64,000 bases of DNA from Eledone cirrhosa (lineage: Eukaryota): the NCBI GenBank assembly GCA_964016885.1, contig OZ024743.1:88908001-88972000 (forward strand), in the 5' to 3' direction. Positions 1-13,230 of the stretch are shown in pieces. The position numbers were made by a program, and so were the translations under genes. The notes below the pieces were generated by a model. It saw only the letters and a list, made by a program, of their open reading frames with translations, was not told the origin of the DNA and made no database searches. Position 1 is the first letter of the stretch. Each line of letters begins with the position of its first letter.

Positions 1-190
1 GATTAGATTGTTGTAGGACATGCAGGCTCCTCCATCGGTTTTAATGAGGTGTGTTACACTTGTTTGATACATGGAACAGCCTACTCATGATATTAACGTG
101 TAAGTGACTGTCCATTCCACAGATATGTGTACTCTTGACGTAATTTTCAGGGAGATTCAGTATGACACAGTGTGTTCAAAAGCTTTTGAA

Positions 191-511
191 TTACAAATAC
201 AGTTCCTTCATCATCTCCTCTGAGAGTCTAAGTGATATGAGATCAGCTCTCACAACCTCTGCCAAGGTCTTTCTTGGTCTACATCTACTGCGGCTTCCTT
301 CCACTGGCATTTCCTGCCACTTCTTCACCCATTGATCATCATTTATGTGCATCACATGTCTGTACCAACACAGTCTTCTCTCCTGCACATCACCTCGTAT
401 TCCTCTTAAACACAGCTTCTCCCTCAACTCGTCCAAGCTCTGCCTTTCCCTCACACATACATTACACATCCAACAGAGCATGGTTGCTTCATTTCTTTCC
501 AGTCTACTCAT
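191..511 (-). mobile_element. RTE-clade LINE, C-terminal ORF fragment
   Basis: ORF reads ERRLCWYRHVM...VEGSRSRCRPRKT, matching the RRLRWxGHVxR...GxRxRGRPxKTW tail of RTE LINEs. Confidence 0.7.
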
Positions 512-828
512 ATCCTCAAGGATTAAAACTATTTAATCTTCTTATGAATCATTTCCAATTTCAAATAGTATTTTGTAAGCACCATTTCCAATATTGAACA
601 GTTGAGATCAGTTAGCTCTTTTGATACCAACCCATCCCCCATCCACAACCACCCCGAGTTATATGATGAAAACTAATTACAGCTGTCACTTGTAATAGAG
701 TATGACTTGGTAGTATGTACCAAGTTTTTGTTAAGGGGTTTTAGATGCTTGTGCAGTGATGAGCAGACACAGAAACCTTCTAGACCCTTCCACACATGAT
801 TTAGGGGAATATCCAGAATGTGACTGTT

Positions 829-862
<34 letters not shown>

Positions 863-1354
863 TTGCATTAGCCACTAGACTTCTTCATTCTTTATCAATC
901 CTAAAAGGATAAAAGGCAAAATGGACCTCTACAAAATTTGAACTCAGAACACAGATACCAGGCATAAATATCCAATGTTCTAATAACTCTGGTGTAATCG
1001 GCCACCAAAGTTTCTCCTCCTCCTCCTCATCATCCACATCTCCCCTCCTCCTCCTCTCCCCCTTTTCTTCTCCTCCTCATCCGCCTCCATCCTTCCCTAT
1101 CTTCTGCCGTCATTTCAAGACATAATTTCCTGGGAAGGTTTTGGTTAGCAGAGTCCTCAAGCACATCTTCCAGCAGGTCCTAACTGCACCCAATTGATCC
1201 AGCTAGATCCCCAAGCAGTCTACCCTGGGTCTCCTGCCCATTGGTTTTGGCTGTAATTTTATATAAAAATATTATAAGTTATGAAATCAACTTTCCTCAT
1301 CGGATAAATTGCTGGCCTTGTGCCTAAATTAGAACTCATTATTAAATAAAAATA

Positions 1355-1568
1355 AGGGCGGTGGATTAGCAGTTTTGGTAGAACATCGGACACCATGATT
1401 CATAACAGAGTTACGGTCCTTTACATTCTGAGGCCCACCGAGGTTAGCTTTGCCTTTCATCCTTACGGGGTCAATAAAATAAAGTATCAGTTTAGCACTG
1501 GTGTTGATTTAACCGACTTCCCCTCCCCCCAAACTGCTGGCCTTGTGCCTAGAGTAGAAACAACTATT
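1355..1568 (+). mobile_element. tRNA-derived SINE, family A
   Basis: gggcggtggatt...ctttgcctttcatccttacggggtcaataaaataaagta...ggccttgtgcc...agaaacaa; the same consensus recurs more than 10 times in the window. Confidence 0.75.
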
Positions 1569-1765
1569 AAATGAAAATATATGAAAAGATAGATCATTGA
1601 TGTGAGAAACTGAGAGTCAATATCACAGCTTCTAGTTCTTTCTCTACAATATTTATTATAATTCTTCCTGTTTCCATCACATTTATAACCTTATATGGTC
1701 ATTTATACATTTATGAACACTCTATTTACAATGTTTTTTGCTTTGTTTTATTGTTAATATGTTTA

Positions 1766-2171
1766 CTCTCGGGTCCCAGATAATAGGGGTGGGGGTGGGG
1801 GGTGGGGGGTTGAAAAATCAGTAATTTTTCTAGGTTGTCTGTTGATTTAAAAAAAAAAACAGAATTAGACATTTAGTTTACATATTGAGAGACCCAACCC
1901 ATCCTATTTATTTTTTGTGTGGGATTTCTAGCAATGTATTTTTTTTTTGTCATGTACAATGTTTTTTAATGTATAAAAAAAAAATCATTATCGCAGGAAT
2001 GCTACCACTTAAAATAAAATTTCAATGGAGATAGATTAGCAAAATTTAATAAGCAGAATGGGGGTGGGGGTGGAATAAGAGCTGGAGTCAGGGGGTGTGG
2101 GGGTGGAAAACATCTCAAAAATTAATAAGCTGGGGGGTGGGGAGTGGAGACGATTATTCTAGACCTGAGAG
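1766..2171. mobile_element. Tc1/mariner-type MITE
   Basis: Imperfect TIRs ctctcgggtcccagataat / attattctagacctgagag, flanked by TA. Confidence 0.5.
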
Positions 2172-2517
2172 TACATGTTAGTGATAGATTTGTCCTCTCT
2201 TTATAACATAATGTTAAAAATGGCATTGGATTGTTAGAACATCAGATAGAAGGCTTTCTGTGCCCTGAGTTCAAATCCTGCCAAGGTCAACTTTTCCTTT
2301 CACCCTTTTGATATCAATAAAAAGTACCAGTTCAATATGGGGTTGTTTCTTCCCCTCCCTCTTTCTCTGTAAGAAACTGGCAGTGTCTAGATATGGAAAG
2401 GGATGGGCTCCACCAGCTTTAAAGTGCTGAAGACATGCTGTATGTTATAACATCATAAGGTGTTACGAGTGTTACAGGTCCATACATATATAACCTAATG
2501 CTAAAACTTGCTTCATT

Positions 2518-2792
2518 GATGTAGTAGTAGTTGTTGTTGGGATGGCGGTAGTAGTAGTAGTAGTGGTGGTGGTGGTGGTGGTAGCGGTGGTAGTAGTAGT
2601 AGTAGTGGTGGTGGTGGTGGTTGTAGTGGTGGTGGTGGTGGTAGTAGTAGTAGTAGTAATAGTAGTAGTAGTAGTAGTAGTAGCAGCAGCAGCAGTAGCA
2701 GTAGCAACAGCAGCAGTAGCAGTAGCAGCAGTAGTAGTAGTAGTAGTAGTAGTAGTAGGCAATAATTGTTATTGTTATTGTTGTTGTTATTG
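2518..2792. repeat. Compound (GTA)n/(GTG)n/(GCA)n microsatellite just upstream of the TRIM acceptor site
   Basis: Seen directly. Confidence 0.95.
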
Positions 2793-2885
2793 TGTATACT
2801 TTGCTGTCTCTACTAGTGTCACTAATCTCTCTTTTGTTTTCTCTCTTTACAGGTCACCCTACCTGAGAGTACCCCACCCTTTAAT

Positions 2886-5090
2886 ATGGCAAACAACAGT
2901 CCAGTTGTACAGCAGATACACCGTGAGTTCCTGAGCTGTGGAATTTGTTTGGACCGTTATCAGAACCCTAAAGTTCTGCCGTGTTTACACACATTCTGCG
3001 AGCACTGCCTGATAAGTTACATTCCTCCGGAGAGTCTGTCTTTGACGTGTCCGATCTGCCGCCAGCAGTCTATCCTTCCAGTAGAAGGGGTCTCAGCAAT
3101 GCAAACTAATTTCTTCATTACTAATCTAATGGATGTTCTAGGACAAACAAACGTTTGCACTGCTTGTGTAGACAACACAAAGGCCACATGTAAATGTACA
3201 AACTGTGACAATTTCCTGTGCCAGCGATGTTCAGAAAGCAGCTGTGGGGGCCAAGCTTCAAGAGACCAAGGTAGTGAAACTCCCAACGAAATGACCACCA
3301 GTGTCCACAACATTATACGACTCAGTGAGCTAGCGTTGACTGAAGACAAAGAAAACAGACTTGTTTGTCCGAGCCATGAAGGTAGATCATTACAATTCTA
3401 CTGTTGTGCTTGTGAAACTGCAGCCTGTGAAGAATGCACTGCCGTCCATGTTGGTCATAAAACAATCCCACTGCAAGATGCAATTAAAGAACACAAAGCT
3501 GGTCTCCAGCGACTTATTTCAGGGGCTAGAGCTCAAATCCCTGGAATTGAGAAGTCTGTTAAAGAAGTTGAGGAAGTTTCTGAAAGATTAAACCATAAAT
3601 CAAAAGAAGCTGAGGAAGAAATAATCACTGCTTTTGATGTTCTTGATAAACTAATGGTGCAACAAAAGACGACGCTACTGAAAGAGTTGTCAGAAATACA
3701 TTCATCCAAACAGATGGTGCTGAATAAACAGAAAGAAACCCTTGAGAACACACTTTCCAGAATATCCAATTGCTGCGAAGTCACCGAAGAAGCTCTTACT
3801 CATGGTAAAGAAACGGCGATTCTAGTGGTGAAAAAGGAAGTGACTGAGAAACTCCAAGAATTAGGAACCATGAGCATAAATTATCAACCAGAAGAGAATG
3901 AATTTTTAGAATTTGATAATTCTTGTTTCCAGTCTTTGAAAAAATTAATTGTCAACCTTGGACATATTCTCACAAACAGTGCTGTTGGTTATGAAACAAC
4001 AGCAACAGGGAATGGCCTCAAGTATTCTTACATTGGTAAATATTCTACTGTGTCTGTCACAACTAAAGATAGAAAAGGTGAACTAGTTAAATTAGGGAAT
4101 GCAAATGTTGAAGCCGAGTTACTTAATCTAAATAAAGACATTATTGTTGAACCTCATATCACTGACCACAAAAATGGAACATATGACATTACTTACTCCA
4201 TTCCTAAAGAAGGAACTTATGAAATGTTTATCAAGGTTTTTAATCAACCAATCAAAGGTTCCCCTTTCAAAGTGAAAGCTTTACCTGCTGGAGAGGAGAG
4301 CGATCTATTGGGAGCTTCAACTAGGATACCTAAAACAAGTGCTGTAAAACAACGTGGGACCAAACGACCATCAAGTTCACGATCACACGGATCTAACCGT
4401 AAGAGTAACGTCATTGAAGATGACCTCATTTTGAGGGTTGGAGTAAAAGGTCGAAACAAAGGCGAATTTACAAATCCACAAGGATTAACGTCCATTAATG
4501 GTAAAATTCTTGTAGCAGACAGTAATAACCAAGTTGTGCAAGTATTCTCATCATTAGGAGACTGTAAACTTCGTTTTGGTTCACCAGGTCGAGGTCCTGG
4601 TAAGATGCAACGTCCAACTGGACTTGCGGTCACCATGAATGGTAATTATTTAGTAGCAGACTATGACAATAAATGGGTGAGTGTTTTCTCCCCAGATGGT
4701 AAATATATAAACAAGATTGGTAATAATAAACTGCTGGGACCAAAAGGTGTTGCTGTCGATAAAAATGGACATATTATCGTTGTGGATAATAAAGCAAGTT
4801 GTATATTTATCTTCCAGTCCAATGGGAAACTTATCCAAAAGTTTGGTTCTCGTGGGAACGATGACAACCAGTTTGCTGGACCACATTACGTAGCAATTAA
4901 TGCCAACAATGATATTATTGTTTCTGATTTCCATAACCACTGTGTGAAAATCTTCAATTCAGAAGGTAACTTTCTCTACAGTTTTGGTTCTAATGGAGAA
5001 GGAAATGGTCAGTTTAATGCTCCAACTGGTGTTGCTGTTGATAGTCATGGAAACATCTTAGTAGCAGACTGGGGAAATTCAAGGATACAG
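2886..5090 (+). CDS. TRIM3: TRIM2/TRIM3-like TRIM-NHL E3 ubiquitin ligase, large coding exon (RING, B-boxes, coiled coil, filamin repeat, NHL repeats)
   Basis: RING CGICLDRYQNPKVLPCLHTFC, B-box CPSHEG...C..C...H..H, filamin-type repeat, NHL repeats (GEFTNPQG, GQFNAPTGVAVD). Acceptor tttacAG at 2851-2852 with actaat branch-like motif; phase-0 donor CAG|gttcgt after 5090. 2853-2885 is also open in frame, so an upstream coding exon is possible. TRIM2 vs TRIM3 orthology cannot be resolved. Confidence 0.93.
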
Positions 5091-5137
5091 GTTCGTATAA
5101 ATCCATCATCTTAATATTTCATAATTTCATAATTTTA

Positions 5138-5690
5138 GGCTGAGGGATGGGCAGAATTACTAGAGCAACAAATAAAATGCCATTGCGGCATTTGTTCTAG
5201 TTCTTTACATCTTCTTCTTCTTTTTCTTCCTCCACTTATTCCTGAGAGGGGTGTGTGGGCAGAGTCCTCAAACATTCCTTTCAGCAGGTCCTGTCAGAAG
5301 CAACCATCTCCCAAAGCAAGACCAGCCAAGCTCATAGATGTTATCCAACCATCTTGCTCAGGGTCTACCCCTGGGTCTCCTGCTGGTTGGTTTTGCACAG
5401 AAAATCTGTCCAGCCATTCTTTCCTGAGAGATTCTAACCACATGCCAATAGTATTGGAGCTGTGGTCTCTCAATTCGGAGAAGTAGTGGCTGGAATGACT
5501 CTCTGATTTCTGAGTTATGCACTCTTGGGCTCTTTACATTCTCAGTTAAAATCTCGCCAAGTTTAACTTTACTTTTCATCCTTCTGGTATTGATAAAATA
5601 AAGTACCAGTCAAATACTGGGGTTGATTTAATGAACTCTGCCCTTCCCGCCAAAATTTGTTGGCCTTGTGCCGAAATTAGAAATCAATAT
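5138..5690 (+). mobile_element. Intronic family-A SINE split by an RTE-like LINE 3' fragment (5211-5530, minus)
   Basis: SINE halves flank the insert; duplication tctttacat at 5202-5210 and 5531-5539; aatatttcataattt occurs on both sides of the SINE; insert encodes RRPRGRP on minus. Confidence 0.65.
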
Positions 5691-5790
5691 TTCATAATTT
5701 TGAATGTATTCAAACATCATCTAGGTTAAATTATGTTTTTTTTAAATACGTGATTAGTTCAATCTCAGTTGTTAGTGTGTTGGTTACAGT

Positions 5791-5962
5791 CAGTGCTGGA
5801 TTTAGGACAAATGAGGCCCTGTGCTAGTTAAGTTTTGAGGTCCCTTACTTGGGCCCTGAAAGAGGTAAAACATTTTTTTAGCAGGAAGATGGACCCCCTT
5901 CCCCCAGTCCCATGGGGACCTGTGCTTAAGGACGCCTAAACACAATGGTAAATCCGGCACTA
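5791..5962. mobile_element. hAT-type MITE in the TRIM intron
   Basis: TIRs cagtgctggattta / taaatccggcacta; 8-bp TSD gttacagt / gttatagt. Confidence 0.65.
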
Positions 5963-6102
5963 GTTATAGTTGTTGAAAGACCAATGGAAACATGGTTTCC
6001 TTTGTCTGATCTCATGATTGGCTCCTTTGTTGTCCTTTTATTATTATTTTTTTTATTATTTAATTCATTCTGTTTAAAACATTTGCTATTTTCTTGTTGC
6101 AG

Positions 6103-6255
6103 GTATTTGACAGTGAGGGATCGTTCCTGTCTTATGTGAACACATCAGCCGATCCATTGTATGGGCCACAGGGACTTACGGTGACAAGTGATGGATTCTG
6201 TGCTGTGGCAGATTCAGGAAACCATTGTTTTAAGATTTATAAATATCTACAGTGA
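6103..6255 (+). CDS. TRIM3: TRIM2/TRIM3-like protein, last coding exon
   Basis: ttgcAG acceptor; translates [50 protein letters not shown], the typical TRIM2/3 C-terminus; 785 aa from ATG 2886. Confidence 0.93.
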   Translation, partial: VFDSEGSFLSYVNTSADPLYGPQGLTVTSDGFCAVADSGNHCFKIYKYLQ

Positions 6256-6718
6256 TGTTAAAGGTGCATCATAGTGCAAACAAATATCTTGCTGCACAGA
6301 TGTTGCACAGATGTTGCACAGATGCTGCACAACACATCTTGTGATAACAGTCTAGTCCCACCGCTTCCTATTGCCATCTGTACAATCCACCACTTGCATT
6401 GTTGTTACCGTACAAACTTGACGAAACCTTTAACCAAATCTAGATCTGCATGTGTCAACTTCACTGTAACTGTTCTTGTTATTGTTATTATTAATATGAC
6501 TACTTCTACTATTATTATTATTAATAATAATATATTAATTAAGGATTACATAATAATGATAATTATTATTATTATAATTATAATATTTTTTATTACTTTT
6601 TATTTCTGTTCTATGCAACAGAAACTCACAAAGTTATACAATTCCGATGTAAAAAATCGCCACAACCTCCACCTCCACCAACACCAATACCAGCTCCACC
6701 ACCACCACCACCACCACC

Positions 6719-6755
<37 letters not shown>

Positions 6756-7099
6756 TTTTATTTTTCCCTTCCTCTCATCATTCCTGCCTACCACACACAC
6801 ACACAAACATACTAAAAAAGAAAACAATTGTTCCCCAAAATAATAATTTGACCTTCAATATATCCGTCAACATGAGCCCCAAAAGGAGGGTCAACATAAC
6901 CCTTAAACAGTCCTTCAGACATGTCCACTCTTAATCTGAACTCCCACCTGTTAATATTGCTATTGAAATCAAAATTATTTGGCCAGTATAATAATATAAG
7001 TGTAAATATGTAAGCACCCCTGACTGTATAATAAACACTCAATGGAGATGAAGCTATCTTAATATAGAACCTGAATTATAGTTGCTATATATATATATA

Positions 7100-7405
7100 G
7101 GCGTGCATGTGGTATTGTGGTTAGGGTATTCGCTCACAATCGTGAGGTCGTGGGTTCGATTCTTGATGGCACATTGTGTCCTAGAACAAGACACTTTATT
7201 TCACGATGCTGCAGTCCACTCAGCTGGCAAAAGTAGGTTGTACCTGTAATTTGAAAGGCCAGCCTTGTCACATTCTGTGTCACGCTGAATCTCCCTGAGA
7301 ACTACATTAAAAGTACGCATGTCTGTAGAATGCTCAGCCACTTGCATGTTAATTTCATCAGCAGGCTGTTCCGTTGATTGGATCAACTGGAACCGACAGA
7401 GTGCC
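7100..7405 (+). mobile_element. tRNA-derived SINE, family B
   Basis: A/B-box-like head (tgtggttaggg...ggttcgattc); body shared with 15360-15680 (+) and 1-190 (-). Confidence 0.7.
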
Positions 7406-7534
7406 AGTCTCAGTCTCAGTCTTTCTCTATATATAAATATACCATATTTTACGTTGTATAAGATGTGCTTTTTTACCCAAACAATTTGATGTAAAAATCT
7501 GCCTATATTCTATACAGTCAAGGCATGAATATAA

Positions 7535-7593
<59 letters not shown>

Positions 7594-9163
7594 GGATAAT
7601 ATATATATAGATATAATATATAATCTTGAAATTTGTTGTGTGCAGTGCTCAGGTGCACTACAACTCATCAAAGGTGCACGTATAGTACATAGAATAATGT
7701 ACAAAGTGAACAATATATGAGTCATATATATATTATCACAAGCCAAGTATTACTGTATATGAACTTTTTTCTTCAAATTATGTGTTATACACCGGTGCCT
7801 CTTATATTCCAAAATACTGTGCTTAGAATTGTATTAATGCTATGGATATAGTATTTTACCAATAGACCATGCATGGCTAAGCTAGATAAACTTTAAATAT
7901 ATTAGATATACTTTAAATATACTATATAGATATACCATAGTTATAATATGGTGTAAGTAATATAAGGATAAACCATGGCTAACATGTTATATCAATAGAT
8001 AGATATACTATAAATATACTATAGTTATATTAGAGATATACTATACATATATTATGGATCAAGTGATATAAGGATATACCATGGCTAACATGTTATATCA
8101 ATAGATAGATATACTACAAATATGCTATAGTTAGAGATATACTATAGTTATATTAGAGATATGCTATGCATATAATATTGCTTATGTGTTATAATGATAT
8201 GTATAGCTAAGATATTATATGAATAGATATACTATAAATATACTATAGTTATATATATACTATAGATATACTAAGGCTTATGTATTATAATGATATATCA
8301 TGGCTAAGATGTTATATCAATAGATATCTTATATTTATATTATTTATATACTATAAATATAATATAGTTATACCACTGTATTATACATATACTATAGTTA
8401 CACCAATGTACTATACATCTAGTAGGACATAGATATTACAGTGATACACCATGGTGATACACCATATATCACTAAATATGCTATAGATACTATAGTTATG
8501 CTATAGATACAATATAGATATACAATAGCTGTACTAATACTATGGACCTAACCTTCTCTACTGAAATATATTTACAACTACTTAACATTCCTACATTTAG
8601 ATGAAGACAAACAAAACAGAATTGGTGTTTGTTTTACATTTTACCTTAAATAACAGTAAAAAAAACATTCCTAAGTGGAAACTATCTCCATTCTGTGAGT
8701 CACTGAATTCCCTGAGAAAAATCAACCATTTTATGGCACTCTTTGACTATTTACAGATCATTCCTTCATTGTTCTTACACCATTCCTTTTAACGAAGCCA
8801 TTTCTAAGAATTTCTTCTCAAACAAAATATATTGTTATTTATAGAAGCCTATTGTCTATTGATTTATACACCTATTGTCTTACAGACCTATTATTGTCAT
8901 ATAAGACTTATTGTCTTATAGACATACTGTTTGTCCAATTGACATAATGCCTATAAGTTCTTCAGAGCTATGTCTGGGAATGTTCCGGACTGTAGAAATC
9001 TCCAAAACACTTCAAATGATTTCTTTCTATCAAACAAATAGAATCATCAGAATGTGACATTTTACTTTATTTTATCTTATTTTTTTTTTCATTTCAATAT
9101 ACATATGTATGTGTATATATATATATATATATATACACATATGTGTATATATATATATATATA

Positions 9164-9203
<40 letters not shown>

Positions 9204-9235
9204 TTATATATGCATATATATATATGTGTATGTAA

Positions 9236-9304
<69 letters not shown>

Positions 9305-9339
9305 ATGTATTTATATGCATATGTATATATGTAATTATA

Positions 9340-9383
<44 letters not shown>

Positions 9384-9713
9384 GCATGGCTTGTACCAGT
9401 AATCCTCTGTGTGTGTGCGTGTGTGTGTATTTATAAGTATGTATATCCGTGTGAATGTATATAATATTTGTATCTAAAATAAAAGTTGTAAATCATTGCA
9501 AATGTTTGGTTGTTTGACCCCAGAAAAATGAAAGGAACCAAAGGGAACAAACCTGGGGTGTGGGAGAAGGGGTTTAGAGGAGTGGGGGTCAGCCGGGGGG
9601 GGGGGGGAAGTGTTGTCTATATGTTTTTTTGTTGTATGTGTATCAGTGGTAAGAACATTGCTTTAGTTTGTGTTGTTTTCTTGGCTGCTGTCTGTCTGCT
9701 ACTGCTGCTGTTC

Positions 9714-9750
9714 CTACTACCACTACCACCAACACCACCACCACCACCAT

Positions 9751-9783
<33 letters not shown>

Positions 9784-9856
9784 CATCACCACCACCACCA
9801 CTTCTACTACTACTACTACTACTACTACCACTACCACCAACACCACCACCACCACC

Positions 9857-9905
<49 letters not shown>

Positions 9906-9921
9906 ACACCACCACCACCAT

Positions 9922-9981
<60 letters not shown>

Positions 9982-10001
9982 CATCACCACCACCACCACC
10001 A

Positions 10002-10051
<50 letters not shown>

Positions 10052-10085
10052 GACAACGTTGACCATGATGATGATGATGATGATG
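9714..10085. repeat. Compound (CTA)n/(CCA)n microsatellite
   Basis: Seen directly. Confidence 0.95.
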
Positions 10086-10338
10086 TATTCTTTGCATTCC
10101 TCACCAGTGGTTGGTTTGGCAGAACCATTAGAGGGTTGGACATATATTCCGGGTCTCTTCATCATGAGTTCAAATCCCACCAAGGTCCACTTTACCTTTC
10201 ATCCTTTCAAGGTTGATAAATACAACACCAGCCTGATGCTGGTGCAGCTCTCTTCCTCCTTTCATCCTGGATATTCCACTGAATCAAGGGAGAGAGAGGG
10301 CCCAGGCAGTGTCTGATTGTGACTGCCTGGCCACTAAA

Positions 10339-10543
10339 CCCTTTAGCATTTACATTACTTTATATTTACTATTGTATTTTCATAGTGAAGGCTTTATCTC
10401 ACATAATATTGAATCAATGAGATTTTGATATTTTTTTTTAGAACAATACCTTAACATAAGTATGAGCAGCTGGTTTTGGCCAGTTTGAATAGAAAGAGGT
10501 TAGAGAATTCTGGCCGGATAGGACCAGTTTAAATGCGAAAGGG
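10339..10543. mobile_element. piggyBac-type MITE, copy 1
   Basis: TIR ccctttagcattta / taaatgcgaaaggg; taaa/ttaa flanks; homologous to 16063-16280. Confidence 0.7.
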
Positions 10544-10975
10544 TTAAAACCATTAGGGAAAGCATGGTACATATTATTACCAAGTCATACTCAATTACAA
10601 GTGGTGGCTGTAGTTTAGCTTTAGCATTCCTCAACTGAAACTACCTCAACTATTTCAACATTCTATAACAACACTGGCCATAGGCATGGTTGTGTGGTTA
10701 AGAAGTTTGCTTCATAACCCTGAAGTTCCTGGTTCCATCCCAATGCCTGGCATATTAGACAAGTGTCTTCTTGAGTAAACCAATACCCTACCAGTAGAAA
10801 TTGGTAACCACTATATGTGGCAACCACTATATTGTCAGATTAGATACTTTCTGCCACACACACACACACATAATGTCATAATGTACCTACTACTGGTGCT
10901 ATTAAGTTAGACATGGCCTGGATCAATACTGACTGAAATCTATCAAAATCATCTATCTATATATATGTGTGTGTG

Positions 10976-11049
<74 letters not shown>

Positions 11050-11088
11050 TATATATTATATATATATCACGGTTGTCAAAGAAGCAGG

Positions 11089-11132
<44 letters not shown>

Positions 11133-11798
11133 GTTCGCACATAAAAAATATGTGAATAAGGGCCCCTCTACGTTTAACCTAATAGAAAGCATAGCTTAAT
11201 GTCCCCCAAATGAAACCCTACTGTCTTAAAACCAAGGGCTCATGGAATAATGTTATCCAAAGTACCTTATACTTGCAATTGTATAGGAATGGTTTTGACT
11301 TGAATGTATTTTAGTTATTTAAAAAAAAGATAATGGAAAACACGTTTAAAATGTACTGAATCTTGAATAAATTTCAATAGAACAACAACAGCAATAGCAG
11401 CCATTAAGCATTATATCAAAATTATGAGGTAACTAGTTTTTGAAATGTAAAAAATAAATTCATTTAATGTCTTTTGGTCAATTTGAACTCCAAATATTCT
11501 GTGTTAATGTGTGTGTCAATCAATGTAGAATGAGTGGTATTTTATTGCTTTCATTTCCCTTGCAATATTTGGAGTTATAGCTCTGAGAAGCTCACTTTAT
11601 AAATAATTTGTTTATGCTGCACTGTTAACTCACGTCCGTTAATGTTTGCCCTGGAAAAGGTGAAGATTTTCATCAAAATAAATTCATCTGCCGTCCCTCC
11701 TCAAATATTTCAAGGAGTTGGTGAAACAATTTTTGTCCAATATTAAACATTTCAGGATTATAATTGTAAATTTTCTATCACTATCTTATTCTATAGAT

Positions 11799-12290
11799 CA
11801 GTGGTTCCCAAACTGTGAACCTCAATGCACTGGTGCACTACAAGATGGTTAAGTACCTGGTACACTAAGATATGGTTAGGTACCTGGTACACTAAGAGAT
11901 AGTTAGGTACCTGGTACACTGCAAGATGATTAGGTACCTGGTACACTGCAAAATAGCAAGATTCTATTTCAAAATATGAAAAATACAAATTGAAATTCAT
12001 ATCAAAGTTCATATACAACTGTCAAAATGGGGAAGCGACTAAACTAAGAAAACATTACCCCCAAAAAACATTCAGTGCATATTTCTCATTGATAACTTTG
12101 CTCCATTAAAGAAGGAAGTACAAATAATTGTTTTGTATTTCTAATTTTCTATATTTCTACTTTATACTATGCTAATATGTATAAATATACCTCTTTTGAA
12201 TATATTTTCGAATTTAGATACAAAGTGTTCTAAAATATTTTCACTTGTTCTAAAGTGCATCATGAGTAAAACCAAGTTTGGGAATCACTG
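11799..12290. mobile_element. hAT (Buster/Charlie-type) MITE with internal ~26-bp tandem repeats
   Basis: TIR cagtggttcccaaact / agtttgggaatcactg; degenerate TSD ctatagat / ttatagct. Confidence 0.7.
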
Positions 12291-12714
12291 TTATAGCTTG
12301 TTTTTATTTAGTTCCTTCTTAGGCAAAATTTATTGTGGCAGAATTCTGGGCAGGCTGCAAGAAATTACAGAATATTCGAGACAGTGGGTTAGTGTTGAGT
12401 GAGAAAGGTAGAAAGAATATCTGATTCTAGGATTAACATAAGATAAGCTTTAGAATAAGCAACAATTCAACTGCATGTGTTGAAGATTTGTTGATTTTAA
12501 ATGAATTCTTGGGAAGCTGAATAAATAATATATAAAATCCATCGATGCTGGTTGAAAATGAGAAGCTTTAAAATGAAGTTCATTAATATAGTATGCATCA
12601 AGAGAGACAATATGGTTTTTAAAGAAAGCAGCAAAATTTAACAATAGCCAGTGTATTGTTCAATACTGTAGCTTATGTTTCCTCCTTAGTATCGAGATAT
12701 TTGAAGATTGACAG

Positions 12715-13230
12715 ATTTCTATTGACTGTGGTACTATTATAGTGACTGGAGTACTATTATAATGACTAAGGTACCTCTGTATTGACCGTAGTACTATCAT
12801 AGTGACTGTGGTACCTCTATATTGACTGTGGTACTATTATAGTGACTGTGGTACTATTATAATGATTGTGGTACCTTTATATTGACTGTGGTACTATTGT
12901 AGTGACTGTGGTACTATATTGACTGTGGTACTTTATTGTGACTGGAGTACTATTATAGTGACTAAGGTACCTTTATATTGATTGTGGTACCTCTATATTG
13001 ACTGTGGTACTATTATAGTGACTGACATATGATAGTGGCTGAGGTACTATTACAATGACTATTGTTCTTCTATATTAACTGTGGTAGTTAATAGTGACTG
13101 GGGTACTATTACAATGATTGTGGTAGCTCTATATTGTCTGTGGTACCTCTGTATTGCCGCAAAGTTCTATCATAATAACTGTGGTACTATTCTAATGACT
13201 ATGTTACATTTATACCAATTGTGGTAGCTT
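12715..13230. repeat. Degenerate ~20-bp minisatellite (aktgactgtggtacyaytat)
   Basis: About 25 diverged copies seen directly. Confidence 0.85.

Noticed and set aside
2472-2934. Poly-T/V/L ORFs and the many [14 protein letters not shown] and KKKKEKR ORFs across the window
   Set aside because: Translations of microsatellites; no coding evidence
5091-5114. ORF-track C-terminus VRINPSS of the 742-aa ORF
   Set aside because: Read-through into the intron; the true end is exon 6103-6255
1355-5690. Inverted repeats flanking the large TRIM exon that might drive back-splicing
   Set aside because: Flanking SINE copies and RTE fragments are in the same orientation
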